Shown one piece after another: positions 1-11,792 of a stretch of 45,385 nt of DNA. Within the stretch, counting starts at the first letter, position 1. Every line of letters starts with the position of its first letter. The stretch is from Xylographa opegraphella (Eukaryota): assembly GCA_022813865.1 (NCBI GenBank), contig JALDZX010000028.1, forward strand, positions 248,001-293,385, written 5' to 3'. The position numbers and the translations under genes were made by a program. Under the pieces are notes generated by a model. That model had not been told where the DNA came from. It worked only from the letters and a program-made list of their open reading frames with translations, and ran no database searches.

Positions 1-1
1 C

Positions 2-2122
2 TGGGAGATCTACAGTTATGTTTTGGTACACTTGCCATCTCAACTCAGCAATCCGGCTCTCTTTCTTACTGCCGGCCCTCACATTCATCTGCTACGGAAT
101 ATTGTGGTCTCTCAGCTGATGGGTGGGACGTTGAGGACTCCTCCTGCAACTACAGGGGTCAAGAAGGGCGACGTGGCTTTTTGTCTCTACAATACTCTTG
201 TTATGCTCCTGGGGTACTATGAACGTTTTTCACACAGCGAACAGGACGATATGGTTCGAGCAATACTAGATGGTATAAGCTCTTGGGATCGTGTAGCAAA
301 GGTATGTATCCAAGCTTTGGGTATCTGTTGCCATGTGATACCTATGGCAATTGCCAAGTCGCTTGGTCCAATTCTGCAGAAATTGTCGCAAATGATTACA
401 CAGACTCATCTAGCCATGGACATATTGGAGTTCCTGGCGGGATTAGCGAGACTTCCGGACGTCTATGTCAGACTGAGAGAAGATGAGCTTAGAACTGTCT
501 TTGCTATCTGTGTTCGTTACCTGGAACACTCCCGAGATCAACGAACCAAGCAACGAGCGGGGACTGGTATCGATTCAGCACAAGCATTCAACCGTTCTAG
601 TGGTGTTTCCGGGAATTCGGGGGCTGCATCTGAGTCGAGCAACATTTTCGAAGTGGAGAGGGACCTCCCTCAGTATATCTTTGCGCTTGCGTACCATGTC
701 CTCACCATCTGGTTCCTCTCGATACGATTGGTGGATCGGCCGAAGCATGTTGGGTGGATCACCACCAATCTTGCTTCCAGGGATGATCAGGGTAACAATG
801 TCCTTGAAGAGCAGAGTCAGGTCACCCTTGACATGATGCATCGCACAGCTTATCTCGACCTCGGAGAAACAATTCCCAGCAAGGAATTTTCAAAATTGGA
901 GGGCCCGGTTTTCAAGAAATCCTGGCTATTGGGCCTGAGTATCGTCACCGTAGAGACTGCATCAGGCAATGGTCTGACTCACCTTGTCAAGAGGCAGGCA
1001 TCCGGGACTACATACGCGATATATCTCCAAAACACTGCACGTTTACCTCCACACCACGTTCGTGGTCCCACCGATGTCAACACCTTGCTTCCTGGGGCGC
1101 AGTCGCATGTCAACGTCTTCCCAAACCATGTTTTCCTCCAGCTTACATCTACTATTGCTCCAACACCTTCGCCGATGGAGCCAATCTGTCTGCCAGACGA
1201 CGAAGCCACACGGCGTGCTATAGCAACATTTGATCGTAATGATACTGTTGATGGCTTCAAGGTCGGCGTGATATATGTAGGAGCCTATCAGACCGAGGAA
1301 GCTGAGATACTTGCGAATTCGGAACACTCTGAAGCTTTTGAACAGTTGCTTGCAGGTTTAGGGACGAAGGTCGAATTGAAAGGCGCTATTTTCAATACCC
1401 AAGGATTAGATAAAGCGGACGGTACGGATGGGACACATACCTATGCTTGGCGCGACCGTATCACGGAGATCGTCTTCCACGTGCCGTCGATGATGCCGAC
1501 TAACAAGGAGAGCGATCCAGCATGCGTGAAAAAGAAAAGCCACATTGGTAACGATTTTGTGAATGTCATCTTCAATGATTCAGGCATGCCATTCAAGTTC
1601 GATACCTTCCCATCTCAGTTCAACTACGTCAATATCATCATCACGCCGGAGTTCCCACTTGGACGAAAGAACCCGGGGGCGGCATCACTCGCTGTCGAAG
1701 AGCAGATACGCCTACAGAAACAGATCTTCTTCACCATCCAGACCCAGTCACATCCATCGTTCCCCGACCTCTCACCCGCCGCGTCTTACAAGCTCCTCCC
1801 ACTCCAGCACGCAGCTGGTTTAGTGCGCCAGATTGCTCTCAACGCGTCTGTGTTCAGCAATGTATGGGCCAACCGCGAAGGTGGCGAACATATCTCAAGC
1901 TGGCGGAATCGACTGCGTGAAATCAAGAAGCTTCGAGCACGCTTTGCGAATAGTGGCACGAGCGTGAGTGAACGGTATCCTGGCGCCAAAGGCACCAAGA
2001 CGTATGTCGAGGGGGACCCCTTCGCCGGTCTGGTAGTCATGGGCGGCCTGGCAGAAGACGATGGTATCCTGTCCAGCTTGGATTTCTCTCGCTGGGCCGG
2101 ACCAAACCCGGCACTTGACTAA
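2..2122 (+). CDS. TSC2: Tuberin / TSC2 Rheb GTPase-activating protein, 3' portion (5' end outside window)
   Basis: Open frame from base 2 (WEIYSYVLVHLP..) to TAA at 2122; tuberin-domain region followed by a Rap-GAP domain (FKVGVIYVG, EIVFHVPSMMP, KKSHIGNDFVNVIFN, FPSQFNYVNIII). Confidence 0.95.
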   Translation, partial: WEIYSYVLVHLPSQLSNPALFLTAGPHIHLLRNIVVSQLMGGTLRTPPATTGVKKGDVAFCLYNTLVMLLGYYERFSHSEQDDMVRAILDGISSWDRVAKVCIQALGICCHVIPMAIAKSLGPILQKLSQMITQTHLAMDILEFLAGLARLPDVYVRLREDELRTVFAICVRYLEHSRDQRTKQRAGTGIDSAQAFNRSSGVSGNSGAASESSNIFEVERDLPQYIFALAYHVLTIWFLSIRLVDRPKHVGWITTNLASRDDQGNNVLEEQSQVTLDMMHRTAYLDLGETIPSKEFSKLEGPVFKKSWLLGLSIVTVETASGNGLTHLVKRQASGTTYAIYLQNTARLPPHHVRGPTDVNTLLPGAQSHVNVFPNHVFLQLTSTIAPTPSPMEPICLPDDEATRRAIATFDRNDTVDGFKVGVIYVGAYQTEEAEILANSEHSEAFEQLLAGLGTKVELKGAIFNTQGLDKADGTDGTHTYAWRDRITEIVFHVPSMMPTNKESDPACVKKKSHIGNDFVNVIFNDSGMPFKFDTFPSQFNYVNIIITPEFPLGRKNPGAASLAVEEQIRLQKQIFFTIQTQSHPSFPDLSPAASYKLLPLQHAAGLVRQIALNASVFSNVWANREGGEHISSWRNRLREIKKLRARFANSGTSVSERYPGAKGTKTYVEGDPFAGLVVMGGLAEDDGILSSLDFSRWAGPNPALD

Positions 2123-2710
2123 CACCACGTATTTACGGATGCACATTTTCATGACCCTTGATGTATTTAACGACGGCACCACAGGCACCTGGGGACAGGT
2201 GTGCCACCAAAAGTTTTTTTTGATTTTTCTTCACTACTCTGATGAGCTTGCATTTGACCATGGTGGAAAAGTGACAAGCTGGCACATTTTTGAGACAGGT
2301 ACCTGGAGTATCAGGCAGGACTAGGGCGGATCACTACTTGGTCAGGAGGATACCCAGCTGGATAACGAGCCATTCCAGGGAACGGATGTGACATGGTTTT
2401 GTGGGCTTCGAAGCCTAGGACGAAAAGCTGCGAGTCCTCTTCTACTTGTCTTTCACTTGTGAGCTCTACCTTCCTGCCCGTCAGCGAGACATGGTAGATG
2501 CCGTCTGCAACAGTGCGTGTTGTCTGTGCACATGGACGTCGACTACTTAGTATCAGTGCTATCGGCAGATGCAGCTGCAGCAGCTGATGCGCATGCACTC
2601 TAACGACTCTCCCTACTTTATTAGATGTCCCAATTTGCAACGTGATGTTCATGCCGATCGCGGAAGAGGCGCTTTCCGTAGAGTCGATCATCTTCCGGAA
2701 ACAGCTCTCC

Positions 2711-2870
2711 CTTGACCTCCCTTGACCTCCCTTGACCTCCCTTGACCTCCCTTGACCTCCCTTGACCTCCCTTGACCTCCCTTGACCTCCCTTGACCTCC
2801 CTTGACCTCCCTTGACCTCCCTTGACCTCCCTCGACCTCCCTTGACCTCCCTCGACCTGCCTCGACCTCC
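2711..2870. repeat. 10-bp minisatellite (CTTGACCTCC)x16
   Basis: 12 perfect copies 2711-2830, then 4 copies of which 3 are variant (CTCGACCTCC, CTCGACCTGC); explains the spurious GQGRSREVKG ORFs. Confidence 0.98.
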
Positions 2871-4141
2871 CTCCCTGTGTGTTGAATACAGTTTCGCAAT
2901 TGACAGTGCCTTCTTGCGTCCACAAAGACCCTCGCTCGGAGTAATCTCCTTTGCGCAGGACGAGCTGCCCAACTCCCTCTCACAGAGAAGAAGCACCAAG
3001 CCCAGCCAATCTGGGAATTTGTCACGCAGTACTAAGGTACACGGACCACCCAGTGCTCCGCACCTTATTCCGGTTAGCTTTTATCCCACGGTTCCCGCAT
3101 CGAGATGCGACCGCTCGATCGCAGCCATGTTATTGAGTTAGCGCAAAGCGGGAAACGTTCGATGCCGCTAAGATCGACGGCGGCACTGTGAACCAATCGC
3201 ACGCGAGGCATTTCCAACTATTGGGGAAAAGCTCAATCACTAGATCCGTGCTAAGCTGATGTGGAGATACTGCAGTACAAGGAGCACCCGTACTGTACCT
3301 ATACGTCGTGTCCGTTACATGCACTTGGGGTAGGTAACTAGGTACCTTACCTACCGTACCTCACCTACTTAGGTAAAGTAGCACTCCCGACCTGAAGCAC
3401 ATGAAGCGCACAAACGTACGTTGATTATGAGGCATGCATTCCTCTGGCGATAATAATAATATCGGTAATTGCGCAGTCAGGTAAGGTACCTGAGCCATCG
3501 ATCTTCGGGCGTATCGGCAGACCTGCGCCGATGAAACACCGTCCACGCGAAACTTCCCCAGATGCACAGTGACACATCCCTCCCAGAGAGGAGCCCGAAT
3601 TCCCCACCAGGCGGCACTGCAGCTCCCACTAAGCCTACCTAGGTACCTTAAGCAAGACACCCCAAATAGGTCGTCCCCGCTACCAGCGATCCAGCCACTT
3701 CCGGAAGCCTTCAGTCCGAGCACCAGGCTCCAAAAGGCTCAACTACCTTACCTAGGTAGGTACGTAGAGAGCACTCACACCACTCTGCCGTCATACACGC
3801 TGCGTGGGACGCACAAGCTAAGGTACGGCCTGGCGAAGCGCTGCAGGGAAAACGAGAGTCACGGCAGGCTGGATGCCTCGGAACTTTAGCAAGTCTCTAA
3901 AGGCACCCGACGAGGCGTGCTAGGCTCGATCGAGGATTGAGCTAGACATCAGGGGAGATGAGGATGGGAAGGAAGCATTCCGGCTCAAAAATGGAAACAA
4001 ATAAAGGCCCCCTCTCTGCCGCTCTGCCTGCTCCTTCTTCTCCTGTCTTCGCCTCCCCGTCTTTTGCTCCAGTAGTCAATCAATTCCTGCAACGATCCCC
4101 TCTCCCCTTTCTTAAACCGAGTATTGGAACAGAACGTCAAG

Positions 4142-5169
4142 ATGCTCTTCAAGCTCGCAACCTTCGCTCTCGTGGGCTCCGCGCTCGCGCAGCGCCCAAC
4201 CAACACCTCAATCTGCGACTACTACACCACCGCGCTGCTGAAGGAGAACACAGCCGCGAATCAGGCGACGCTCCTGACGCTCGTAGTCAATACCGCCGTT
4301 ATCGGAAATTATACTAAGCCGAATGTCGGAATCGCAGTGCCCGGTATCCTTGCTGCAGGCATGTACAACGGCACCATGGTCAACCTGCTGCCGTACTTCG
4401 ACGGCGGGCTTGCCAGCTCGAACAACGGCACTGCCGCCGTGGCGATGAACTTCCTCGACGACGGCGGAGCGGTGCCATTGATGATGAACATGCCTGCCAA
4501 CGGCACGACGTCAAACCAATAGTGGGTCGCCTGCATTGCGTGCTTCTTCCTGTTTCTGGACATCGTGTCAAGCCGAGTTCGAAACATCCGCTAACCCGTT
4601 CCCACAGCTACCTCCTTACTCACCTATACCAATACTTCGGCGTCCTCCTTGGCTGCTCCATGCAAGGACCCTCGGCGACCTCCACCTTCCCTTCCTACCA
4701 GGGTGAAGCGTCCCAGTACTCTGTGCACAAGTACATGGATCTCTCCGCCGCAGAGGTCGGATACTTCATCACGCAGGTCGGTCTCGCGGCCGCCTCTTTC
4801 GGTGTCGCGACCGCCGATGTCACCGCCGTTGGCATGGCGCTCGCCTCCCTCTTCGACTACAGCTGCTCACCCCCGACCACCGTCGTCCCAGCCCAAGGGC
4901 CCCAGCTCCAGGCCATCTGCATCGACAGCACCTGCCCGGTTTCTCCCAACGCAACTTGCGCCGCTTATCCGATGGCCATGCAGCCCCTTGTCGCGAACGT
5001 CAGCTTGGCAATGGGTGAGGGTGTCAACTCAACGTCTTCAATGATGTCTGGGAGTGCGACGGCCACGGGCACGATGATGCCGACCATCACACCGGCGAGT
5101 GGGGCTGCAAAGTCGATCGCGGGCGGTATGATCGCTGTGGCTGCTGGCTTAGTGGCTATGGTACTGTAA
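4142..5169 (+). CDS. Secreted, probably GPI-anchored protein (313 aa) with a truncated-globin-like motif pattern; intron 4522-4607
   Basis: Signal peptide MLFKLATFALVGSALA; intron GTGGGT..GCTAAC..CAG joins ORFs 4124-4522 and 4522-5169 in frame (..SNQY|YLLTHLYQYFG); Ser/Thr-rich linker and hydrophobic C-terminal tail. Confidence 0.85.
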
Positions 5170-6375
5170 GCGGGATGGACGAGATGGGGAGATGGGCGAC
5201 TTGGGCCAAGACGGTGTGATGTAGTAATAAAGTCCAGTATCGATGGTTGTGGGTAGTTGTCTATGAGTATTCGCAGTGTTATGCTGAATGTCAAGAACAT
5301 CAATTGACGTGTTGACTTCGCTTCACTCTTGTAATTTGATGAATGCCAAGAGGGTAGTTTGGAAAATAAACAATCATATCTTTACCACGTAATACCTGAC
5401 CTCGGCTCATCCAAGTTTGCTGGATTATTCTTTCACAAGTCCGAAAGGTGCGACGTATGATATATTTCAATCATACGACATTGGACATACCAATCTATAT
5501 CGACAGATGTTTCCACAAGGTATTCGAACTTACAACAAGTTGGACAGCCTGGACAACCTGGAAAGCGAATATATGAGTCTTGGCTGCCAAATCACCATGC
5601 ACGTATGGAAAACTCTGCCTCGGCCTGAGTACAATGGCCAGGGCTCTTGAATGATATCTTCTCCCAACTGTGATAAGGCATGATATTCTGCTTAAAGACC
5701 CTTCTTCGACTCAAAAAAATCCTCTGTCAGTGAATGACACCAGTAATGAAGTCGTCAATGGAGAAGCCAAATCTGATAGCCGTACTGAAACCCACAACGC
5801 AGTATGTAGCAGGATTAAACACGCCACGATGATTGCATCGGTCTTCAGCTTAAGTTCCTCACACGAACGCTTTAGGATGAGATCTATCTATGCACAGGAA
5901 TAAAGTAGAGGCTCCGCCAGCAACGTGGATATCAAAGTGCTTGATGTAAACATTGCATTACAAGGAGAGGCAGACAGTTTTTTATCGGACGGGTTCGAAT
6001 CTCGTATGCTCATGAGGCTGAAGATGAACCTAGCTCTAGCAGGTCAGCTATCATTGGCAGACCAACCGATTGATTTGCACATGTTGCATGCCGTTAGGGA
6101 TCAACAACGGCTTGTACACATTGGAACAACTTGAGAACATCCTCACTACACTTCAGCAGTAGGTTGCTTCACCGTATTTGTGCTTTCGATAACTCACCGA
6201 GCTCGGTGACGGAATGAAAGTTGTGTAACAGCAATGCCATCATAAATTGTTGGCACAATGTAGGACTAAGCGTACGCCTAACAATACACTTCGAGATAGG
6301 ATATATTCACACAAACTGTTCGCAGATCACCGCAAAGTAAAACGCCTTACATTTAATTACCCGCGTGATCTGACC

Positions 6376-6900
6376 ATGACATCCCAACAATCGACCTCCC
6401 GCATAGCAACTAGCAGTGCCTCACACGTCCGGCGAAACCTCTTTCATCACAGCCTGTCTCGCAGGGCCCCAAGCGCTTCGACGTCCACCTCAGCCAAGTC
6501 TCTGCACGACTCACCACAGGAGGGGAGCAGCTCGGAAATAGTGGTCCGCAATCAAGATGGAGATTACCAAGTCTCTGTACCGTCTTTGCCAGCAGATGAA
6601 GATGAACAAGCAGGAAATGAAGAGGATAAGGAGGCCAAGAGTATGCGAGTGTACAGTTGTTGTGTCGGAATTCTTCAGCTGATGAAGAAGTAGAGCTCGA
6701 TGCGAGGATAGCAGATCTTTGCAGGAACAGAAGCAGGCAGTCGAGCGAACCATCAGGTAGAATTGTTTGTCGTGATAATATGGCCAGAGCTGACGGTTAC
6801 AGAGCTGTTTGTGGAAGTCCAAGCGAGTTTACGGCGCCGAATTGCCGCTCTTGAAGATGACAATTGGATGTTCGAAGCAGAGAAGGCATCTGCAGGATAG
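6376..6900 (+). CDS. Small conserved-looking protein (141 aa), possible APC16/Apc9/Apc14-like; exons 6376-6640, 6694-6756, 6803-6900
   Basis: Two GT..CTGA(T/C)..YAG introns restore a continuous frame MTSQQ..RRNLFHH..ELFVEVQASLRRRIAALEDDNWMFEAEKASAG*. Confidence 0.7.
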
Positions 6901-7002
6901 TTACTACGCTAAGGGCTACCAGACAATGGAGCTGTCCTAGGGAAATGTGCAGAGCATTCTGTTTCTATATGGCGTTAATTTCCTGGTCTATATACGAGAG
7001 GC

Positions 7003-8165
7003 TCAGTCTAAATCTGCGGGTGGCGGTGGTGCCTCCACCGTCTTCGGTTTCGGCTTCGTCAAAGGCTTCGGAGATGCTCCTCCGCCACCAAACAGCATGC
7101 TTCCCATCATATCGAATAATGGGTTACCCTGCTTGGGAATCTTTATGCCAAAGTACAGCTCTCCGATCTGTGCCAGAGCGTCATCCCACATCCCAACGTC
7201 TCTGATATGTACTGCATAATGCTTTGCGAGCTGCCGGTACAGGTCCGCCCCGCCGCGCTGGATTGCTAGCAACAAGAGACCAAGGAAATTCATCAACGGG
7301 AGGACGGGAAAAACTCGTATATCAGAGCTCGTGCTGCTGACTTCTTGGACACCCAGAGACTTGTTGGACGATGTGAGGCGGGAGTTGAAAATGAGGAGAG
7401 CCTTGTTAGCCGATCTCAAGTTCCCTGTGAGTAGATATGGGAACACAGCACGAGCCGCATATTGGGCGGCTGTATGGGAGTCGTCCTGGGTATACCACTC
7501 ATACTCTACGAGCGCGAGCTGCTCCGGGGAGTCCTTATTGCCAAGTGCTAGATGGCGCTCGGCTTCGTATGGTTCGGATTCTAGGATGTTGAGCTCTAGC
7601 ATTATAGGCAGAGCGATTCCTGTCCATACCTTCTGCATACAATGTGCCCGCAACGTGATGCAGTTCTGGATCTCCGTTCTCGTAATCCCCAAACTTTGCT
7701 GACCACGCCATCATTTCATCTACAAATCTCTTCTTGGTAGGCTCTTCTGGTGGAAATGCCCTCAGCAGCGCCAGCAGTTTGCCTGAAGCAAAATATCAGC
7801 CGCCCTTCGTGCACCCCCTTTCCGCATCTCACCTCCCATGCATACCATGAAACTTACCTTTACTCTCTGCCCCTACGTCCACCGCTCCCTTCCCGTACAC
7901 ATCCACCATGTATAGACATAAGTCACCTCCGCTGCCCCCTTGCCCCGCTTTCAACAGTGCAAGCGCACCGCCATAAAGAATGTCGATCGCTGCAACCCAT
8001 TTATCTTGCTTGATGTAGCGTGAGGCTACGACACGTAGCTGTTGATGCGCTTCGTAGAACTGACCTTCGGAGATTCTGTTCGAAAGGTTATTAGTGTGGG
8101 TGTTAATGGGATATAGAAGTGTACTTTTCTTGCTGGCGAGCGATGGTCTTTTCGATTTTGGACAT
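7003..8165 (-). CDS. GET4: GET4 (Golgi-to-ER traffic protein 4); exons 8165-8125, 8075-7858, 7782-7630, 7580-7003
   Basis: Spliced product MSKIEKTIARQQEKISEGQFYEAHQQLRVVASRY..GDPELHHVAG..YEAERHLALG..PLMNFLGLLLLAIQ..IGELYFGI; canonical introns. Confidence 0.95.
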
Positions 8166-8707
8166 GATTGAAAAGGCGTAAACTTCGTAGGGCAGAACAG
8201 AGGTCCTTTAGGAGCACGGGTTAGAGGCAGGTAAGGTGGTCGTTTAGTGGGGGATGAGATCATGGTAAGCTAGCGATTGAGGCTCTGCGGGATCTACTCT
8301 AGTAGGATAGCTTGGCCGTACATCGTGGCGGTAAGCCCGTAGATAACCTAAAGGTAAGTACCGACCTTATGTAGTGGCGAGAAATGGGTAGGTAGTTTCC
8401 CACGACACCTGCAAGGTCCTTCCAACAACAGTCTTAATGGGTCACATCCTCTTATCTAGTCTTCCTTCATCGTCAGCGGTCTTCCAATTCTACTTTTTTC
8501 GGGATAGGCCATTTACTTGCAGGTTCATCAGCTGTTCGGCTCTCAGTATCTCCGCAATGAGTTATGCCAATCGACTGGCCTACCAAGGTTCTGCTCTATA
8601 TCCACATGTCGCCTACGGAGACTGGGCTACCTATCGCAATGATGGTGACCGCTCTGAGATTACCAGATGTCCGACATCAATACGCCTTGTTTCCACATTC
8701 CGGTCCA

Positions 8708-8742
8708 TGCGGATCTGCGGATCTGCGGATCTGCGGACCTGC
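8708..8742. repeat. 8-bp tandem repeat (TGCGGATC)x3 plus a variant copy
   Basis: TGCGGATC TGCGGATC TGCGGATC TGCGGACC TGC read directly. Confidence 0.9.
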
Positions 8743-9195
8743 ATCGAGTCAACGACAGCTCTCCTGCATGTCATCCCAGAAGTCCAGTCCGCGCTGCTGC
8801 AACGAATCACACTTGTGCCAGAAGCAATCTCCATGCTAGAGGGCACTCATGTACCTTGACGAACTCTAGAGTGATTGCGCCTCAGCCATATAGCTGGCAT
8901 TCAATCAGTCGGCAAAATGGGGAGAAATTTGCCGTTCACAGCCTCCCGCTATAAATCTCATCGCCGTTGTCTTCGTACGTCAAGGGTTGAGGAAGTATTC
9001 CATCATGTCTTTTATCTCTTCTCGGAGCTTTTCTTCACTATTCTCGCCGCTGTCTCTGTTGAGGTTCGATTTAACTTCCGCGATTAAAAGTGCCTATCAA
9101 TTTGACAACTAAGCAGAGATTTCGGAAATGTATAACCGAGTCCAGTGATTCTGTCTGCCATAACAAATCCTCCTTTTAGACTGCCTCTGAATTCT

Positions 9196-9740
9196 CCTAA
9201 ACGAGGAGCAAAGGCCTGCACCTCTTGCAGACAGCTAAAGCTGAAATATAATGCAAGAGTTCAAGAGAGCTACGACCGGCGCCGTGCTCGAGATTGAGAA
9301 CGCACGAATTGGGTTGCCAAATAGGTTCGAGGTGCCCGCATGACGCAACCTAGAAGAAGTCTTCACTATAGGCATGCTGCCCGATGGCTGTCTTTTTATC
9401 CTTCGTGGTGGGATCAAACAACTGTCAACGCTCCAGAGATCGTATCTCGTGACATACTGTTCGTAAATGCTGATAGTAAGCTTCTGGCAGATGTATGATT
9501 CGTGAAATCTCCTCAGACACAAAAGGTCTGCCCGCCCTAACATTTCGTTGGACGGCATACTTGCGCCCGAGTTACGTTACTTAGACTTCTGTGGCTGCTT
9601 TGATTATGGACATTGTCGCCCTGGCCATCTCTTTCGTACCGAAAGGCTTCCGACAGCGCCAAAGCTAGTTGGAAAATTACTGCCAATATTAGGAAACGCA
9701 GGTATATCCGTGCAAGTCTTGTATTGGGTACATTCAGAGT
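9196..9740 (+). pseudogene. Degenerate Zn(II)2Cys6 transcription factor relic (Leu3/Sef1-like N-terminus); 3' extent uncertain
   Basis: PKRGAKACTSCRQLKLK(Y)NA, frameshift, then PAPCSR(L)RTHELGC: C-x2-C-x6-C..C-x2-C-x6-C spacing kept with two Cys lost and stops nearby. Confidence 0.6.
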
Positions 9741-11792
9741 CGTCTCTGTTGGTGCTTATCCAAGACGTATGCTGACGAAGCTAAGGTCGTTGCGAACGCT
9801 ACAATTTTGATACTCTGACTGCAGGGCGTGGCTAGTAGAATCAAAATGACTAAGAGTGATTGCCATATTGGCATAAGCAGCCGAAGGTTTGAGCTAAATG
9901 AACACATGAGAAGAGGTAGGCTCAAGTGGACCCAGCATGATTAGGCAACTTCGTGCTCAGTCAATTGTACGCATCACTGGATAACTTGACGCTGCAAGCA
10001 TCAGTTGGCCATCAGCAGATAGAACCTCGATCGGTGCCGCCACTGATCAAACTGTACTTAACTATCTGGAAAATTTTGATGCAGTGCAGGGCAGGTCACT
10101 CGCGGGTTATGGAGGAAGCAGTTCGATTTGGCCTACGACTGCAAGGACACAGTTATGATTCGCGTCAATCCGTTGGTTGATCCAGAACTTGCTGAGTTTG
10201 CTTCATCTGCTTGGAGAGGTCGGCTCTTGACTTGAAATTTGTGTGAGTACCGCTGAAGAGTCTGACCCAGAGCGAATACTAACCATTTCCAAGTTACTCA
10301 AGATCAACGAAACTCCTGCTGTACTTATGGATTGTTGCACTCCATATCTCACCACGGAGGAGTTACGAGACCTCTCGATGGTACCGCCTCAAATACAATT
10401 GAAGAAGTCAAGAACAGCAGGTTTGGTCCAGGATAACGGGTGATCCTTGACTTGCTCGAAAAGTCCTCACGCAGCATGTCATCGCAAAAGACCCAGCTGC
10501 CGACGATTTTGAAACGGAGACAATGTGACATGCAAAAGCAGGTCCGACCTTGGTAAGATTGATTGGCGTAAATGACCCACGTCGACATGATATTCCGAAG
10601 GTAGCAGCACTTTGCGTCGAGCGGTAATTCAGATCATCCTGTGACTGGAGATTTCAAACATACCGCGCAGGCAATTGCTCAAGATTATGGTATCATTACA
10701 TACACTATGACAAACGTCCACAGGATCTTGTTCCTGTTAAGAAACTAGCTACCAACGTAACGGTCAGCCTTCAAGGGTGGAAGTTCTCCAACTCAGGACG
10801 GATACGACTTAGCCCTGCCAAGGCCGCTACACTCCGACCCGTTTTGAGGGGAAATTATTCGCTTTGAACGAGAATCAGTGTAATACTCTTTGTGTCCGTT
10901 TTCCGTACATACAGCAACCGAGCAGAAGCTTCGTATAATTGAAAGTAATCAAGCACGCGATCATTTTGGTAGGCATGACTGGAGACAGGGTCAACAATGC
11001 GCCGGCCCTCAACCAAGCCGATATCGATTTGTATCAGGAAGTGGATACGACATAGCGGTCGAGGCCACATACTGATGTAATTCTTCTGGATTTTTCTCTG
11101 GAGTCGCTGACGCAGTTCTCCACGGGCGTGCCATGTTTAAGTATTTTTCGACAACTCCTGCCTTCAATACAGCCACGCAGAATCTCTGCCTTGTCCCCGC
11201 CATCCTTTTCACCTTTTTCGCCTTCGTCATGATTTTCCTTCCCAATTATCCCCGGGTCTACAGAGTACGCCCGGGACAAGCAATATCCCCTTATTTCCTA
11301 CTAACAGCATTCAAGATCGGGCTACTATTCTTCAATACAGCAAGGCAATAGGCCATATGAAGGTGGTCGCACGCGGCGTTGGCGAAATTCGCGTGGTACG
11401 AACGCAAGAGTACTTCAGAGGAACGCAGTAATAGGTTGCCCTAGTTGATTGGATATGATTTTGCTACCATTACTTTAGATGACGCAATGAGATGGTTAGA
11501 GATCACTCCACATCGACCCAATGTACAGATGACTGCTATCGAATCTATAGAATTGGTACCTCGCGATCTCGTGCACGAGTTTCGCCCCTGGTGCAATTAC
11601 TCTCGATGACGGAAGGCCCCGGCTCGTATAAAGTGGCTCTGTTGTCAAACGTAGCGCCCAAAACACGCCAAACACCAGATACCTGGGTCCTCGCTGTCAC
11701 CATATAATGTATTGTAGCCCGCTATATCGGAACATCTCAACAAAGTACCTATTTACATGATCGGCAAATCCCGGGCCCGCTCGCAATCCGGT

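Noticed and set aside
2711..2870. Possible CRISPR-like array
   Set aside because: Head-to-tail repeats with no spacers, in a eukaryotic context with no cas genes.
2311..3141. Several ORFs with GQGRSREVKG or LTSLDLPRPP repeats
   Set aside because: They are translations of the 10-bp minisatellite, with no recognisable domain.
10860..11430. Minus-strand fragments vaguely like a helicase Zn-binding region (GCIEGRSCRKIL)
   Set aside because: Too short and interrupted to support by eye; BLASTX would be needed.
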